Positions 19,688 through 28,598 of a stretch of 64,000 bases of DNA are shown here, piece after piece. A program made the position numbers and the translations under genes. The first letter of the stretch is position 1. Every line of letters starts with the position of its first letter. This stretch comes from Candidatus Beckwithbacteria bacterium (GTDB lineage Bacteria > Patescibacteriota > Microgenomatia > UBA1400 > UBA1449), in contig JAAZOH010000004.1 in the NCBI GenBank assembly GCA_012797845.1, positions 1,658 to 65,657 of the forward strand, in the 5' to 3' direction. The notes beneath the pieces are model-generated. The model searched no databases, had not been told where the DNA came from, and worked only from the letters and a program-made list of their open reading frames with translations.

Positions 19688-22546
19688 ATGCAACTAAATG
19701 ATTCCCAGCAAAAAGCTGTCAAACACCAGAAAGGTCCGCTCCTTATTATTGCCGGCGCCGGGACGGGTAAAACTACAGTTATTACCGAACGGATTAAGTA
19801 TTTAATCAAAAAAGAAAAACTGGAAGCTAATAATGTAGTGGCTCTGACGTTTACCGAAAAAGCAGCTGGGGAAATGATTGAGCGACTTGATCAAGTTATG
19901 CCGTATGGGTATGAAGAACCATGGATTTGCACTTTTCATGGCTTTTGTGAGCGGATATTAAGATTGGAAGGTTTGGAAATTGGACTCTCACCTGACTATA
20001 AAATTTTGACAACACCTCAGGAATGGATTTTACTGCGGAAGTATGTATTTGAATTAGGATTAAAACATTACGCTCCCTTAAGTAGTCCTAATCGCTTTAT
20101 TCATAGTTTGATCAAGTTTTTTTCAAGATTGCAGGATGAAGATGTAAACGAATCGGAACTTGAACCATTTTTAGAAAATAATGAAAAGATTCTTCTCCTT
20201 CGACAAGCTCAGGATCAGGATGACGCAATTAAAGAAGAAATAGAAAAATATCAGGAGTTGTTTAGAGCATATAAAAAATACCAAGAACTGAAGCTTAAAG
20301 AAAACGTTTTGGATTTTGGTGATTTAATTACCTGGACATTAAAACTTTTCCGAGAGCGAAAATCGGTTTTGGCAAAGTACAAAAAACAGTTTAAATATAT
20401 TTTAGTAGACGAGTTTCAGGATACTAATTTTGCCCAACTTCAATTAATAAAACTCCTGGCTCCACCTGAGGAAAATCCCAATTTGACTGTAGTAGGAGAT
20501 GATGATCAGGCTATTTATGCGTTTCGCGGTTCTTCAGTCCACAACATTTTAGATTTTAAAAAACATTACCCAGGAGCTTGCGAAGTAGTTTTAACCACCA
20601 ACTATCGTAGTGGTCAACCAATTTTAAACACCGCTTACAGTTCAATTATCAAGAATAACCCAGACCGACTAGAACAAATTTTGCAAATTGATAAAAAACT
20701 GATTGCAGCTCGGGGTCGAAAACTGCCTGTACCAGCTGTTTTTGAAGTAGAAACTCAGGAACAAGAATCTGATTTTGTAGTTGAGAAAATTTTAGAATTA
20801 GTCGGTCAGGATTACACGTATAAAGATGTGGCTATTTTAGCTAGGGCCAACAACCATTTAGACCAATTTGTGGCGGCGTTTCGCCGAGCTGGTATCCCAT
20901 ATCAGCTAGTTGGCAATCGGGGGTTGTTTGATCAGGATGAAGTTCGAGATTTACTTTTTTTCTTAAAAGTGGCAGCTGATCCATGCGATCAAACTTCACT
21001 TTTTTATTTGCTACACAATCAAGTTTTTGAAATAAAGCCCGAAGAGCTACTAAATTTACTAACCCAAGCTAAACAAAATAGCATGCCGCTTTGGCAGCTG
21101 CTCTCTGAAAAAGCTAGCAGCCTAAGTGATTACAAAAAGATTGTTGGCTATATTGCCAAGGCCCAAGAGCAAGACACTAAAAAGCCGATCACTGAAATTC
21201 TGCATGATTTTATTCATGCCAGTGCTTACTTGAATCAGTATTTGAAAGAAGACAGCATTGAAAATCAACTAAAACTCAAAAATATCAATCTCTTTTTTAA
21301 TAAACTTAAAGTCTTTGATAATGATTTTCCTAAAGCTAGTTTAGCTGATGTAGTTGAGTATTTTGATCTTCTCCAAGAGGCTGGAGAAAATCCAGCTCAG
21401 GCCCAAATTGAAGATATTGATACGGTTTCGCTACTCACTATCCATGCGGCCAAAGGTTTGGAGTGGCCGATTGTGTTTTTAGTCAATATGGTCTCAGACC
21501 GCTTTCCATCTCGGAACCGCAGTGACGGCCTCGAAATTCCGGATGATTTTATTAAGCAAAAATTGCCCAAAGGCGATGCTCATTTACAGGAGGAACGGCG
21601 CTTATTTTATGTGGCAGTTACTAGAGCTCGGGATTACCTGTTTGCAGTCTATGGGAAAGATTACGGTGGAGCCAGGGCTAAAAAAGCTTCAGGGTTTTTA
21701 TCTGAACTGGGCGTTGATATGCAAAGTTGGCAACCTAAAAGTGGTCAGCTATCATGGCTGACTCAAATGCAAGGTGTTTCAGCACCGCAGCCTCGCAAAG
21801 TTTTAGACGGTAAATTGCAACTCAATACTTTGTCTTATTCGCAAATTGATACATACCAAACTTGTCCCTTACGCTATAAATACCAGTACGTCCTGCAGGT
21901 GCCAACCCGACCGACTCACAACATTACCTTTGGCAGTACGATTCACAATACTTTACAAAAATTTCACCGTTTTGAAATCAAAGACCAAAAGCCGGATTTA
22001 ACTACCCTTCTTCATATTTACGAAAAAGAGTTTCAAACCTTGGGCTATGAATCTGAAGCTCACCGGCAAAAACGCTTTGAACAAGGTAAAGAAGCTCTAA
22101 CCAATTATTATCACCATTATCAGGAACAATTTGAAGGTAAGCCTCAATCGTTGGAAGTTTCTTTTCGCTTACAACTGGATCACACACCGTTGGTTGGCCG
22201 GATTGACCGGGTAGATAATTTGCCAAATGGGGGACTAGAACTGATTGATTACAAAACCGGTAAAACCCGGGAGCAAAAAGAAGTGGATAAAGATGAGCAG
22301 CTATCCGTTTACTCCATGGCCTCACAGCAGATTTTTGGCAAAATCCCAGAAATTTTATCGCTTTATTTTATCGATGATGGAGTTAAAGTCAGTACTACCA
22401 GAACTGCCCAGCAACTGGAAAAAATAAAAGAAGAGCTGATTCAAGTGGTGGAAAAAATCAAGTCCGCTGATTTTGAAGCCACACCTGGGTTTATTTGTAG
22501 CTTCTGCCCTTACAACCAGATCTGCCCATTTGCGGTGAAGGTTTAG
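19688..22546 (+). CDS. UvrD/PcrA-type SF1 helicase fused to a C-terminal Cas4/AddB-like PD-(D/E)XK nuclease with a 4-Cys cluster.
   Basis: Walker A (GAGTGKT), motif II (VDEFQDTN), helicase motif VI (TIHAAKGLEWPIVFL). The C-terminal nuclease has TCPLRYKY, GRIDRVD and ELIDYKTGK motifs, a QxxxY motif and the terminal CSFCPYNQICP. The start is the ATG 1 nt after the upstream stop. Confidence 0.85.
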   Translation: MQLNDSQQKAVKHQKGPLLIIAGAGTGKTTVITERIKYLIKKEKLEANNVVALTFTEKAAGEMIERLDQVMPYGYEEPWICTFHGFCERILRLEGLEIGLSPDYKILTTPQEWILLRKYVFELGLKHYAPLSSPNRFIHSLIKFFSRLQDEDVNESELEPFLENNEKILLLRQAQDQDDAIKEEIEKYQELFRAYKKYQELKLKENVLDFGDLITWTLKLFRERKSVLAKYKKQFKYILVDEFQDTNFAQLQLIKLLAPPEENPNLTVVGDDDQAIYAFRGSSVHNILDFKKHYPGACEVVLTTNYRSGQPILNTAYSSIIKNNPDRLEQILQIDKKLIAARGRKLPVPAVFEVETQEQESDFVVEKILELVGQDYTYKDVAILARANNHLDQFVAAFRRAGIPYQLVGNRGLFDQDEVRDLLFFLKVAADPCDQTSLFYLLHNQVFEIKPEELLNLLTQAKQNSMPLWQLLSEKASSLSDYKKIVGYIAKAQEQDTKKPITEILHDFIHASAYLNQYLKEDSIENQLKLKNINLFFNKLKVFDNDFPKASLADVVEYFDLLQEAGENPAQAQIEDIDTVSLLTIHAAKGLEWPIVFLVNMVSDRFPSRNRSDGLEIPDDFIKQKLPKGDAHLQEERRLFYVAVTRARDYLFAVYGKDYGGARAKKASGFLSELGVDMQSWQPKSGQLSWLTQMQGVSAPQPRKVLDGKLQLNTLSYSQIDTYQTCPLRYKYQYVLQVPTRPTHNITFGSTIHNTLQKFHRFEIKDQKPDLTTLLHIYEKEFQTLGYESEAHRQKRFEQGKEALTNYYHHYQEQFEGKPQSLEVSFRLQLDHTPLVGRIDRVDNLPNGGLELIDYKTGKTREQKEVDKDEQLSVYSMASQQIFGKIPEILSLYFIDDGVKVSTTRTAQQLEKIKEELIQVVEKIKSADFEATPGFICSFCPYNQICPFAVKV

Positions 22547-23632
22547 TTAATTTGTTTTAGCAAGTTGCAGTATGTCTTCAAAGGAATAATTATTGCTGAC
22601 AAAAACATAAAATTTTAAACCAGAGTCTTTACTAGGTTTTTCATACTGAGAGATAGTAACGACTTTTATCTGATTATTATTAAAAGTGATTACTCCATCA
22701 ATACTACCCATAGGTCCACTTGCCATCATTGCTTCAATTTCATTCTCACCCTTTTTAAATCTTTTTTCCCAATCCGCATTTATAAACTTTTTTACTAAGC
22801 TGATATAGTAGTCATAAGAATTACCTATTATATCTTCATCTTTTATAGTCCACAACTCACCTTCTAAAAATACTGGCCCTAAAAGTTTGTTGTCATCATG
22901 GACAAATAAAGCCTCTTCACGATAGTTTTGCTTAACCAGATAAAAATCATTGCCTAATAATTCTCGATAACTATCAAGATCTAAAGATTGATCACCTTCA
23001 TCTAAAAACTTAAATGTGGAAAGGATTTGATCAAAAACATTTTTCAATTCTTGCGTTTCCCCATCCCATGACAAAAAGATTCTAAAAACATTGCCATCTT
23101 TTTCAAAATAAACTAGTTCTCCTGGAGGGTTTTGTCCTCCGGGATATGACTTTTTATAAGCAGGCAGACCATCAATAACGATATTTCTTTCCGCTGTTTT
23201 TGCCTCTCCTGTACCATCCCAAGATGCTTGTACAGAAATATCAATTGTTGCATAAGGAGTAATATTGTCTAAAAAAATTGTTGTTGAAGCTAAATACCCT
23301 GTATAATTTGTTTCTTTTAAACTTGCTAATTTTGGATATTTAAACTCAAAGCCATACCCTTCGCTCGTATATGTTTCCCAATCAGCAGTTTCATCAACTT
23401 GAGCTTGAGGAGTGGGGGTTGGGGTAGGATTTTGGCTTGCTACAGGTGGTTGATTAGCAATTTGTTTCTTAGTTAAGTATTGACCAGCTAGAAATCCAGC
23501 TAGACCAATAAAGCAAATAGCCACTAATCCAAGCGCTACATATAGTAATTTGCTGTTTTTTGGTTTGGGTTGGAATTCTTCCTGAGGAGTTGCAGGATTA
23601 TTAATTGGGGTGGGTTGTTGAGAATTTTGCAT
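22547..23632 (-). CDS. Hypothetical membrane-anchored extracytoplasmic protein.
   Basis: Pro/Gln-rich N-terminus, a single TM segment, a PTPTPTPQ linker, then a roughly 270 aa domain of unknown function. Confidence 0.45.
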   Translation of the reverse strand: MQNSQQPTPINNPATPQEEFQPKPKNSKLLYVALGLVAICFIGLAGFLAGQYLTKKQIANQPPVASQNPTPTPTPQAQVDETADWETYTSEGYGFEFKYPKLASLKETNYTGYLASTTIFLDNITPYATIDISVQASWDGTGEAKTAERNIVIDGLPAYKKSYPGGQNPPGELVYFEKDGNVFRIFLSWDGETQELKNVFDQILSTFKFLDEGDQSLDLDSYRELLGNDFYLVKQNYREEALFVHDDNKLLGPVFLEGELWTIKDEDIIGNSYDYYISLVKKFINADWEKRFKKGENEIEAMMASGPMGSIDGVITFNNNQIKVVTISQYEKPSKDSGLKFYVFVSNNYSFEDILQLAKTN

Positions 23633-23665
23633 ATAGTTTATGATCTCAGGATTATTGATATGGTG

Positions 23666-24544
23666 TCAACTAGCGCTGAAACCAAGCTTAAACTTGGTAA
23701 ATCCCTTCCAACCAGAATTGAGTTTGGGAAAGCGCTCATCCCATAAACCTTCAAAGTCAAAGATTTTCATCTTGCGTTTTTTGCTTTCCAAAATTGCTTG
23801 CCAAATACATAAAGTTGGAGCAAAAAGTTGATGGCTTTTTAGAGTTGAAGCGTTGTGCCAATAGAAAGCCATATTAGGAGTAGTTAGGATAAGACAAGTG
23901 GCCAACAGGTTATTAGTAATAGATTCTTCGCTACGCTCAGAATGACACTTTTGAGAAATAAAGACAAAAAAACATTTCCCTCCAAAAGATCTGACTAAGT
24001 TTTCTAGCTCTGAAAATTTAGGTTTAAACAGCCAGTTGTGCGGTTTATTTTTTGACCACAGTTGATAGAAATTTTGCAATTGTTCTTTGCTTGTTTTATC
24101 TCCAGAAATAATTGAAACTACTAATTTTTGTTGAGCCTTGCGTAAGTTATAACGGGTTTTAGCTTTTAAGTTTGCCAATAAATAGTTTTCAGATTTAGTT
24201 ACGTCAAGCCATAGGGTTTTAGTAGGTAAAACTGGCCAAGAATTATTTTTATCTTTAGTAAAATAAATCTGATCTTTTTTTTGTTTAGCAATAATAAAAG
24301 GTTCTTGCTTAAAAATTACAACTCTATGTTTTCTTTTGATTTGCTTAACCATTTTGGGGTCGAGTGATTTTTTAGCGCGCAAAATTTTAACCAAACCAAA
24401 AGGAGTTAAGGGAATAGTGCGGTAAGAATAAAAAACTGTGTCTTTATCTTGTCTTAAAACACCTTGTTGCCAGCCAAGGGTTTGCATAAATTGGTTGAAC
24501 TGCGATGTTTGACGGACATCAATAAGATTAGTATTTGAAAACAT
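23666..24544 (-). CDS. FemAB-family peptidoglycan interpeptide-bridge aminoacyltransferase (paralog 2).
   Basis: The KAKTRYNLRKAQQK motif and overall FemABX/GNAT-tandem organisation. Confidence 0.7.
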   Translation of the reverse strand: MFSNTNLIDVRQTSQFNQFMQTLGWQQGVLRQDKDTVFYSYRTIPLTPFGLVKILRAKKSLDPKMVKQIKRKHRVVIFKQEPFIIAKQKKDQIYFTKDKNNSWPVLPTKTLWLDVTKSENYLLANLKAKTRYNLRKAQQKLVVSIISGDKTSKEQLQNFYQLWSKNKPHNWLFKPKFSELENLVRSFGGKCFFVFISQKCHSERSEESITNNLLATCLILTTPNMAFYWHNASTLKSHQLFAPTLCIWQAILESKKRKMKIFDFEGLWDERFPKLNSGWKGFTKFKLGFSAS

Positions 24545-25585
24545 TTACAATGGGAGGGCGGCTTTTAACTTAAGCAATTTCCAACGGGCTTTATCAGCTA
24601 TTTGATAAACCTGGTATTTAGGCTGATCAATCACATAATCAAATGTGCCCATAAATTCCATCAAAGTTGGGCCATAGCCTTGCTTGAATTTATGAAAACC
24701 CATCCAGGGATCTTTTGGATCAGGGTCAGGACCAAGGCTACCCCACATGTCAAAAATCTGGCAGCCAGCTTGCTTACCATAGCGTATAGCTTCCCACATC
24801 ATTAGATTGCTAGCCATCACTTCGCGGTCAGCAGAGCTAGAAGCGCCATATGGATAATACAAAATTTGATTAAAGGTAAATAAAATCCAAGTAACTAAAG
24901 TATTGCCTTGGTGAGTTGCTTTAAGAAGGTGAGCAATCCCAGCTGGTTTTAAGACTGACCACATTTGGCGGTGATACTTTTCGTTGTGAGCATAAAAGCG
25001 TTGCCGTTTGGTGGTTTCCTCAAAAGTTAATTTGAGATAATCTTCAAATGCCGATTCACTATTATCTTCGCTAATTTCCACCCCTTTGCGTTGAGCCAGT
25101 CCCACATTGTAGCGGGTTTTTTGCTTCATATTTGCCAGAAGTTCTTGCTCTGAAAGCCTAAGATTAGCCATGAAACTGTATTTAGTAAACATCGGCTTAC
25201 CAAAGACACAGCTATGCTCTTTAAGATATGTTTTGGCTTCAGCCAACTTTTCCTTATTATCAGTTTCAGCTATTTGATATACATTGGGTTCAAGTTTAAT
25301 AAAGATTGCATTTTTAGCTTTGCCCAGATCTTTCAAAGCAGCCAGAACTTCTTCACTAGGTAAAACTGATTTTGGCAAATAACCAATAGTAAAAGGAAAT
25401 TTAGGTACAGGATGAAAGGTGATAGTAAAACCATTGACAATTTTGCTGCCATTAAATTCACCAAGACGAACTACATCAATACCAGTTTTGGCACGAAACT
25501 CGCCCCATTCCCAAGACTGAAGCGGATGGGCCACCGCCTGGTTATAGCTATCTTTTTCTTCTGGTCGTACTTCTCGAACTAACAT
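24545..25585 (-). CDS. FemAB-family peptidoglycan interpeptide-bridge aminoacyltransferase (paralog 1).
   Basis: SWEWGEF, KQKTRYNVGLAQRKGV and a C-terminal GNAT-like half. It is directly adjacent to the second paralog. Confidence 0.75.
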   Translation of the reverse strand: MLVREVRPEEKDSYNQAVAHPLQSWEWGEFRAKTGIDVVRLGEFNGSKIVNGFTITFHPVPKFPFTIGYLPKSVLPSEEVLAALKDLGKAKNAIFIKLEPNVYQIAETDNKEKLAEAKTYLKEHSCVFGKPMFTKYSFMANLRLSEQELLANMKQKTRYNVGLAQRKGVEISEDNSESAFEDYLKLTFEETTKRQRFYAHNEKYHRQMWSVLKPAGIAHLLKATHQGNTLVTWILFTFNQILYYPYGASSSADREVMASNLMMWEAIRYGKQAGCQIFDMWGSLGPDPDPKDPWMGFHKFKQGYGPTLMEFMGTFDYVIDQPKYQVYQIADKARWKLLKLKAALPL

Positions 25586-25673
25586 AATGATAAAATGGAT
25601 TTATTGATGTTACCTTGATCTACCAGCTGTCGGATCGAAATGACAAGGTTAAGTATTTTTATTATAACGCACC

Positions 25674-26777
25674 ATGAACCCAACAGACTATAGCAATACA
25701 CTCTTTTGGCAACGGATCAAACGTTGGCTATTACGGCATATTTGGTTTACTAGGGTAGTAATTATCTTATCGTTTTTGGCGGTACTGACAGTTTTAATTA
25801 GCCTATTTAGTAAACCAGTTTCAAGCTTGTTGCAAAAAATTCTATATGGTCCGAAAGTAGTCACGACTTTTTTTACTGATCCGCTATACACATTGCCCTC
25901 ATATCAAAATCATACCAATATTTTAATTCTGGGCAAAGGTAATGCTAGCCATGAAGCGGCTGATTTGACAGACACTATTATTTTTTTGTCACTGGATTTA
26001 GTTAATAACGAAGTACTGATGCTCTCGATTCCCCGCGATATTTGGATCACCTCTTTAGCAGCCAAAATTAATACAGCCTACTATTATGGTGAACAAAAGG
26101 AAAAAGGCGGTGGTTTTCCTTTGGTTGAAGATGCCGTCTATGAAATTGTTGGTCAACCAATTCACTATGTAGCTATGGTTGATTTTGACGGTTTTGTCAA
26201 ACTGATTGATTTGCTGGGCGGAGTAGATGTAACCGTTGACCAGAGTTTTACTGATGAATTTTACCCTATCCCTGGCAAAGAAGATGATGAGTGTAATGGT
26301 GATCCGGAGTTTAGATGCCGTTATGAAGTTTTACACTTTGAAAAAGGTTTGCAACATATGGATGGGCAAACAGCGCTTAAATTTTCCCGCTCCCGGCATG
26401 CCGAAGGGGATGAAGGCACTGATTTTGCCAGATCAGCTAGACAACAAAAAGTCTTAAAAGCTATCAAAGAAAAACTCAGTTCTTCACAAGTCTATCTTAA
26501 TCCCAGCAAATTACTGGAACTTAAAAAGCTGGCTTCACAATATATTACGTTTAATAAAGATATTTCTGAAAAAATTTATGCTGGTCTGGCTGGTTTTGGT
26601 TATAATTTTTGGCGATCTGGTAAAGAAATTACCACAATCACACTAGATACTGGCGATGACGATAACCCAGGTTTTTTAGTTAATCCTCCTGTTGAAAAAT
26701 ATGATCAGTGGGTGTTGGAGCCCAGTGCCGGAACGTGGGATGAGTTTCAGGCTTATTTACGGCAGAAGATGAAATAA
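25674..26777 (+). CDS. LytR-CpsA-Psr (LCP) family cell-envelope phosphotransferase.
   Basis: N-terminal TM, then ILILGKG...DTIIFLSLD...LSIPRD and VDFDGFVKLIDLLGGVDV, the canonical LCP core motifs. Confidence 0.8.
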   Translation: MNPTDYSNTLFWQRIKRWLLRHIWFTRVVIILSFLAVLTVLISLFSKPVSSLLQKILYGPKVVTTFFTDPLYTLPSYQNHTNILILGKGNASHEAADLTDTIIFLSLDLVNNEVLMLSIPRDIWITSLAAKINTAYYYGEQKEKGGGFPLVEDAVYEIVGQPIHYVAMVDFDGFVKLIDLLGGVDVTVDQSFTDEFYPIPGKEDDECNGDPEFRCRYEVLHFEKGLQHMDGQTALKFSRSRHAEGDEGTDFARSARQQKVLKAIKEKLSSSQVYLNPSKLLELKKLASQYITFNKDISEKIYAGLAGFGYNFWRSGKEITTITLDTGDDDNPGFLVNPPVEKYDQWVLEPSAGTWDEFQAYLRQKMK

Positions 26778-26779
26778 GT

Positions 26780-27004
26780 TTATCCTGGCATTTCTACTAC
26801 ACCATATCCAGTATCAATTGCCTCTCTTACTTTTGGTTTACATGCTCGATCTGTCCTTAGATTAACGCCCATACCGTGATAAGGTCCAGCGGAATCTTTT
26901 TGGATTAGTTCTTTTGCTGTAGAACAACCAGTTTTTTCAAGAATTAATGCTAAAAATTGTTGATGTATATCTGTTGATAGAGGTTCAACGTCCTTTGATC
27001 TCAT
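26780..27004 (-). CDS. Small hypothetical protein (74 aa).
   Basis: Short ORF downstream of the yjjX-like gene. No motif assigned. Confidence 0.3.
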   Translation of the reverse strand: MRSKDVEPLSTDIHQQFLALILEKTGCSTAKELIQKDSAGPYHGMGVNLRTDRACKPKVREAIDTGYGVVEMPG

Positions 27005-27019
27005 AAAATGAGTATATGA

Positions 27020-27559
27020 TTATTTAAATTGTTCGTAAAGCTCAGGATTTTTAAACGGGATTAAAGCTAAAATTATCGCTTCACTGTAATAGCTACTTCG
27101 ATTGATTAAATTGTGAGTTAGTAATCCGACAGCTCCGTTTTTATATTTGCTATTGGTCCGACCAAAAACAATATCATCAGCTTCACCCAACTCTTTACCT
27201 TCTTTAATAAGTTCAGTTATTTTTGGTGGCAGATAAAAAGTGCCGGTTTTGGCCTGACCAAGATTACTTTTACTCGTAATTACGACCCAGGCGAAGGTTC
27301 TCATTTTACCATCTACTACTTCAATACCTCCTTCAATGCCAATCCAGTAATCAGCCTGAGGTTTTTGGACTTGAGCAGCTTTAGCTCGATTAGAAGCACC
27401 CTGAAATGTTTCAAGGTCAGTCATGGGTTGTTTACCAACTCCGGAATCAACTTTGATACCTTTATAGTTGTATATTTCTTGAGGAAACATTTTTTCAAAA
27501 CCAAGTTTAGTGGCTTCTATTTTAATTGGATTTTGAGAGGCGATGATGACTTTTTTCAT
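27020..27559 (-). CDS. yjjX: Inosine/xanthosine triphosphatase (YjjX-type non-canonical purine NTP phosphatase).
   Basis: Aligns along its length with E. coli YjjX: VIIASQNPIKIEA, SGVGKQP, DYWIGIEGGIE, FAWVVI, ILALIPF. Confidence 0.8.
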   Translation of the reverse strand: MKKVIIASQNPIKIEATKLGFEKMFPQEIYNYKGIKVDSGVGKQPMTDLETFQGASNRAKAAQVQKPQADYWIGIEGGIEVVDGKMRTFAWVVITSKSNLGQAKTGTFYLPPKITELIKEGKELGEADDIVFGRTNSKYKNGAVGLLTHNLINRSSYYSEAIILALIPFKNPELYEQFK

Positions 27560-27562
27560 ATA

Positions 27563-27979
27563 CTAAAATAACCAGTAGAACCTGGGAATAAATTGAATTT
27601 CTAATTCTTCCAGTTGTGCTTCGAGATTTTCTCGATCTATGATTACTTGCTTTCTCGTATTTTCATACTCTTGATTATTAAATTTTGCAATAAATCGAAT
27701 ATTTTCATCCGTTATTCTTTCCATTTCCTTTCTATGCCTTTCAAATAAACCTCTATTTAATTCTACTATTTCTATGCAAGCGTTTGATGCTTTTTCAACT
27801 TCTTGTAGAGAAGGTTCACCATTTTTTTTATATAAGTATAAAGTTCTGTAAAGCTGTCCAATTAGTTCACTTAACAAACCAAGAAAATCTAATAGATGTG
27901 GAGGTTTTTCATTAATTTCTATTGGTGAATCAATCTTAGCGGAAATATTACAATCTTGTATTAACAATCCTTCTTCCAT
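27563..27979 (-). CDS. Hypothetical protein (138 aa).
   Basis: ORF tightly packed between the CYTH and YjjX genes with 3-6 nt gaps. No known motif. Confidence 0.4.
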   Translation of the reverse strand: MEEGLLIQDCNISAKIDSPIEINEKPPHLLDFLGLLSELIGQLYRTLYLYKKNGEPSLQEVEKASNACIEIVELNRGLFERHRKEMERITDENIRFIAKFNNQEYENTRKQVIIDRENLEAQLEELEIQFIPRFYWLF

Positions 27980-27985
27980 AAATAT

Positions 27986-28561
27986 TTACTCTCCAAATTG
28001 ATAACCTTTCTTTGCTAGTAACAAATATGGATAGCCACGCAACTCCTCTTTGCCAACTTGAGCATGTAGTTCTTCCAAAATTTCATATAAATACTCTTTG
28101 GCTGCTTGAGGGGTAGGAAATTGTCTTTTAGCTTCCAGCTCAATAAAACTACCTAAATCTTTAACCTCATCGATAGCAACTTCAACTTGTTTGTAATCCC
28201 AAGTACTCCGATTCTTATCAACTACGGCTAATGTTTTAAAATCTAAGCTTGTCAAAATTTTTTCTAAAACGCTAATATTGTCAAGGCTACTTTCAAACTC
28301 ATCACAATAGTCGGTGACTTTAGTATTTTCTGGATAGTAGTGTTTGTAAGTAATACAATTACCTTTTGAGCTATGGCGTAAACGCAACCATTCGTAGGGA
28401 TATTTAGTAGCCAGAAAATCCCGATGCTTAGGTGTGTAATAAATGTCTTTTTGATGAGTATTTTTAGCTAGCAGTTTGGCTTTTTTTTGTAAAAAAGCAA
28501 TTACTTCTTCAGGGTTTTTGAGAGGCAGTTTAATTTCGATTTCGATGTCATTAGGATTCAT
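27986..28561 (-). CDS. CYTH-domain protein (triphosphate tunnel metalloenzyme / class-IV adenylate cyclase-like).
   Basis: N-terminal EIEIKL (CYTH ExExK signature), an internal acidic/basic beta-strand pattern, and the C-terminal IELEAK motif. Confidence 0.7.
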   Translation of the reverse strand: MNPNDIEIEIKLPLKNPEEVIAFLQKKAKLLAKNTHQKDIYYTPKHRDFLATKYPYEWLRLRHSSKGNCITYKHYYPENTKVTDYCDEFESSLDNISVLEKILTSLDFKTLAVVDKNRSTWDYKQVEVAIDEVKDLGSFIELEAKRQFPTPQAAKEYLYEILEELHAQVGKEELRGYPYLLLAKKGYQFGE

Positions 28562-28598
28562 AAAAGAAAAACAATTCCTGTCTACGCAGGAATAACGA

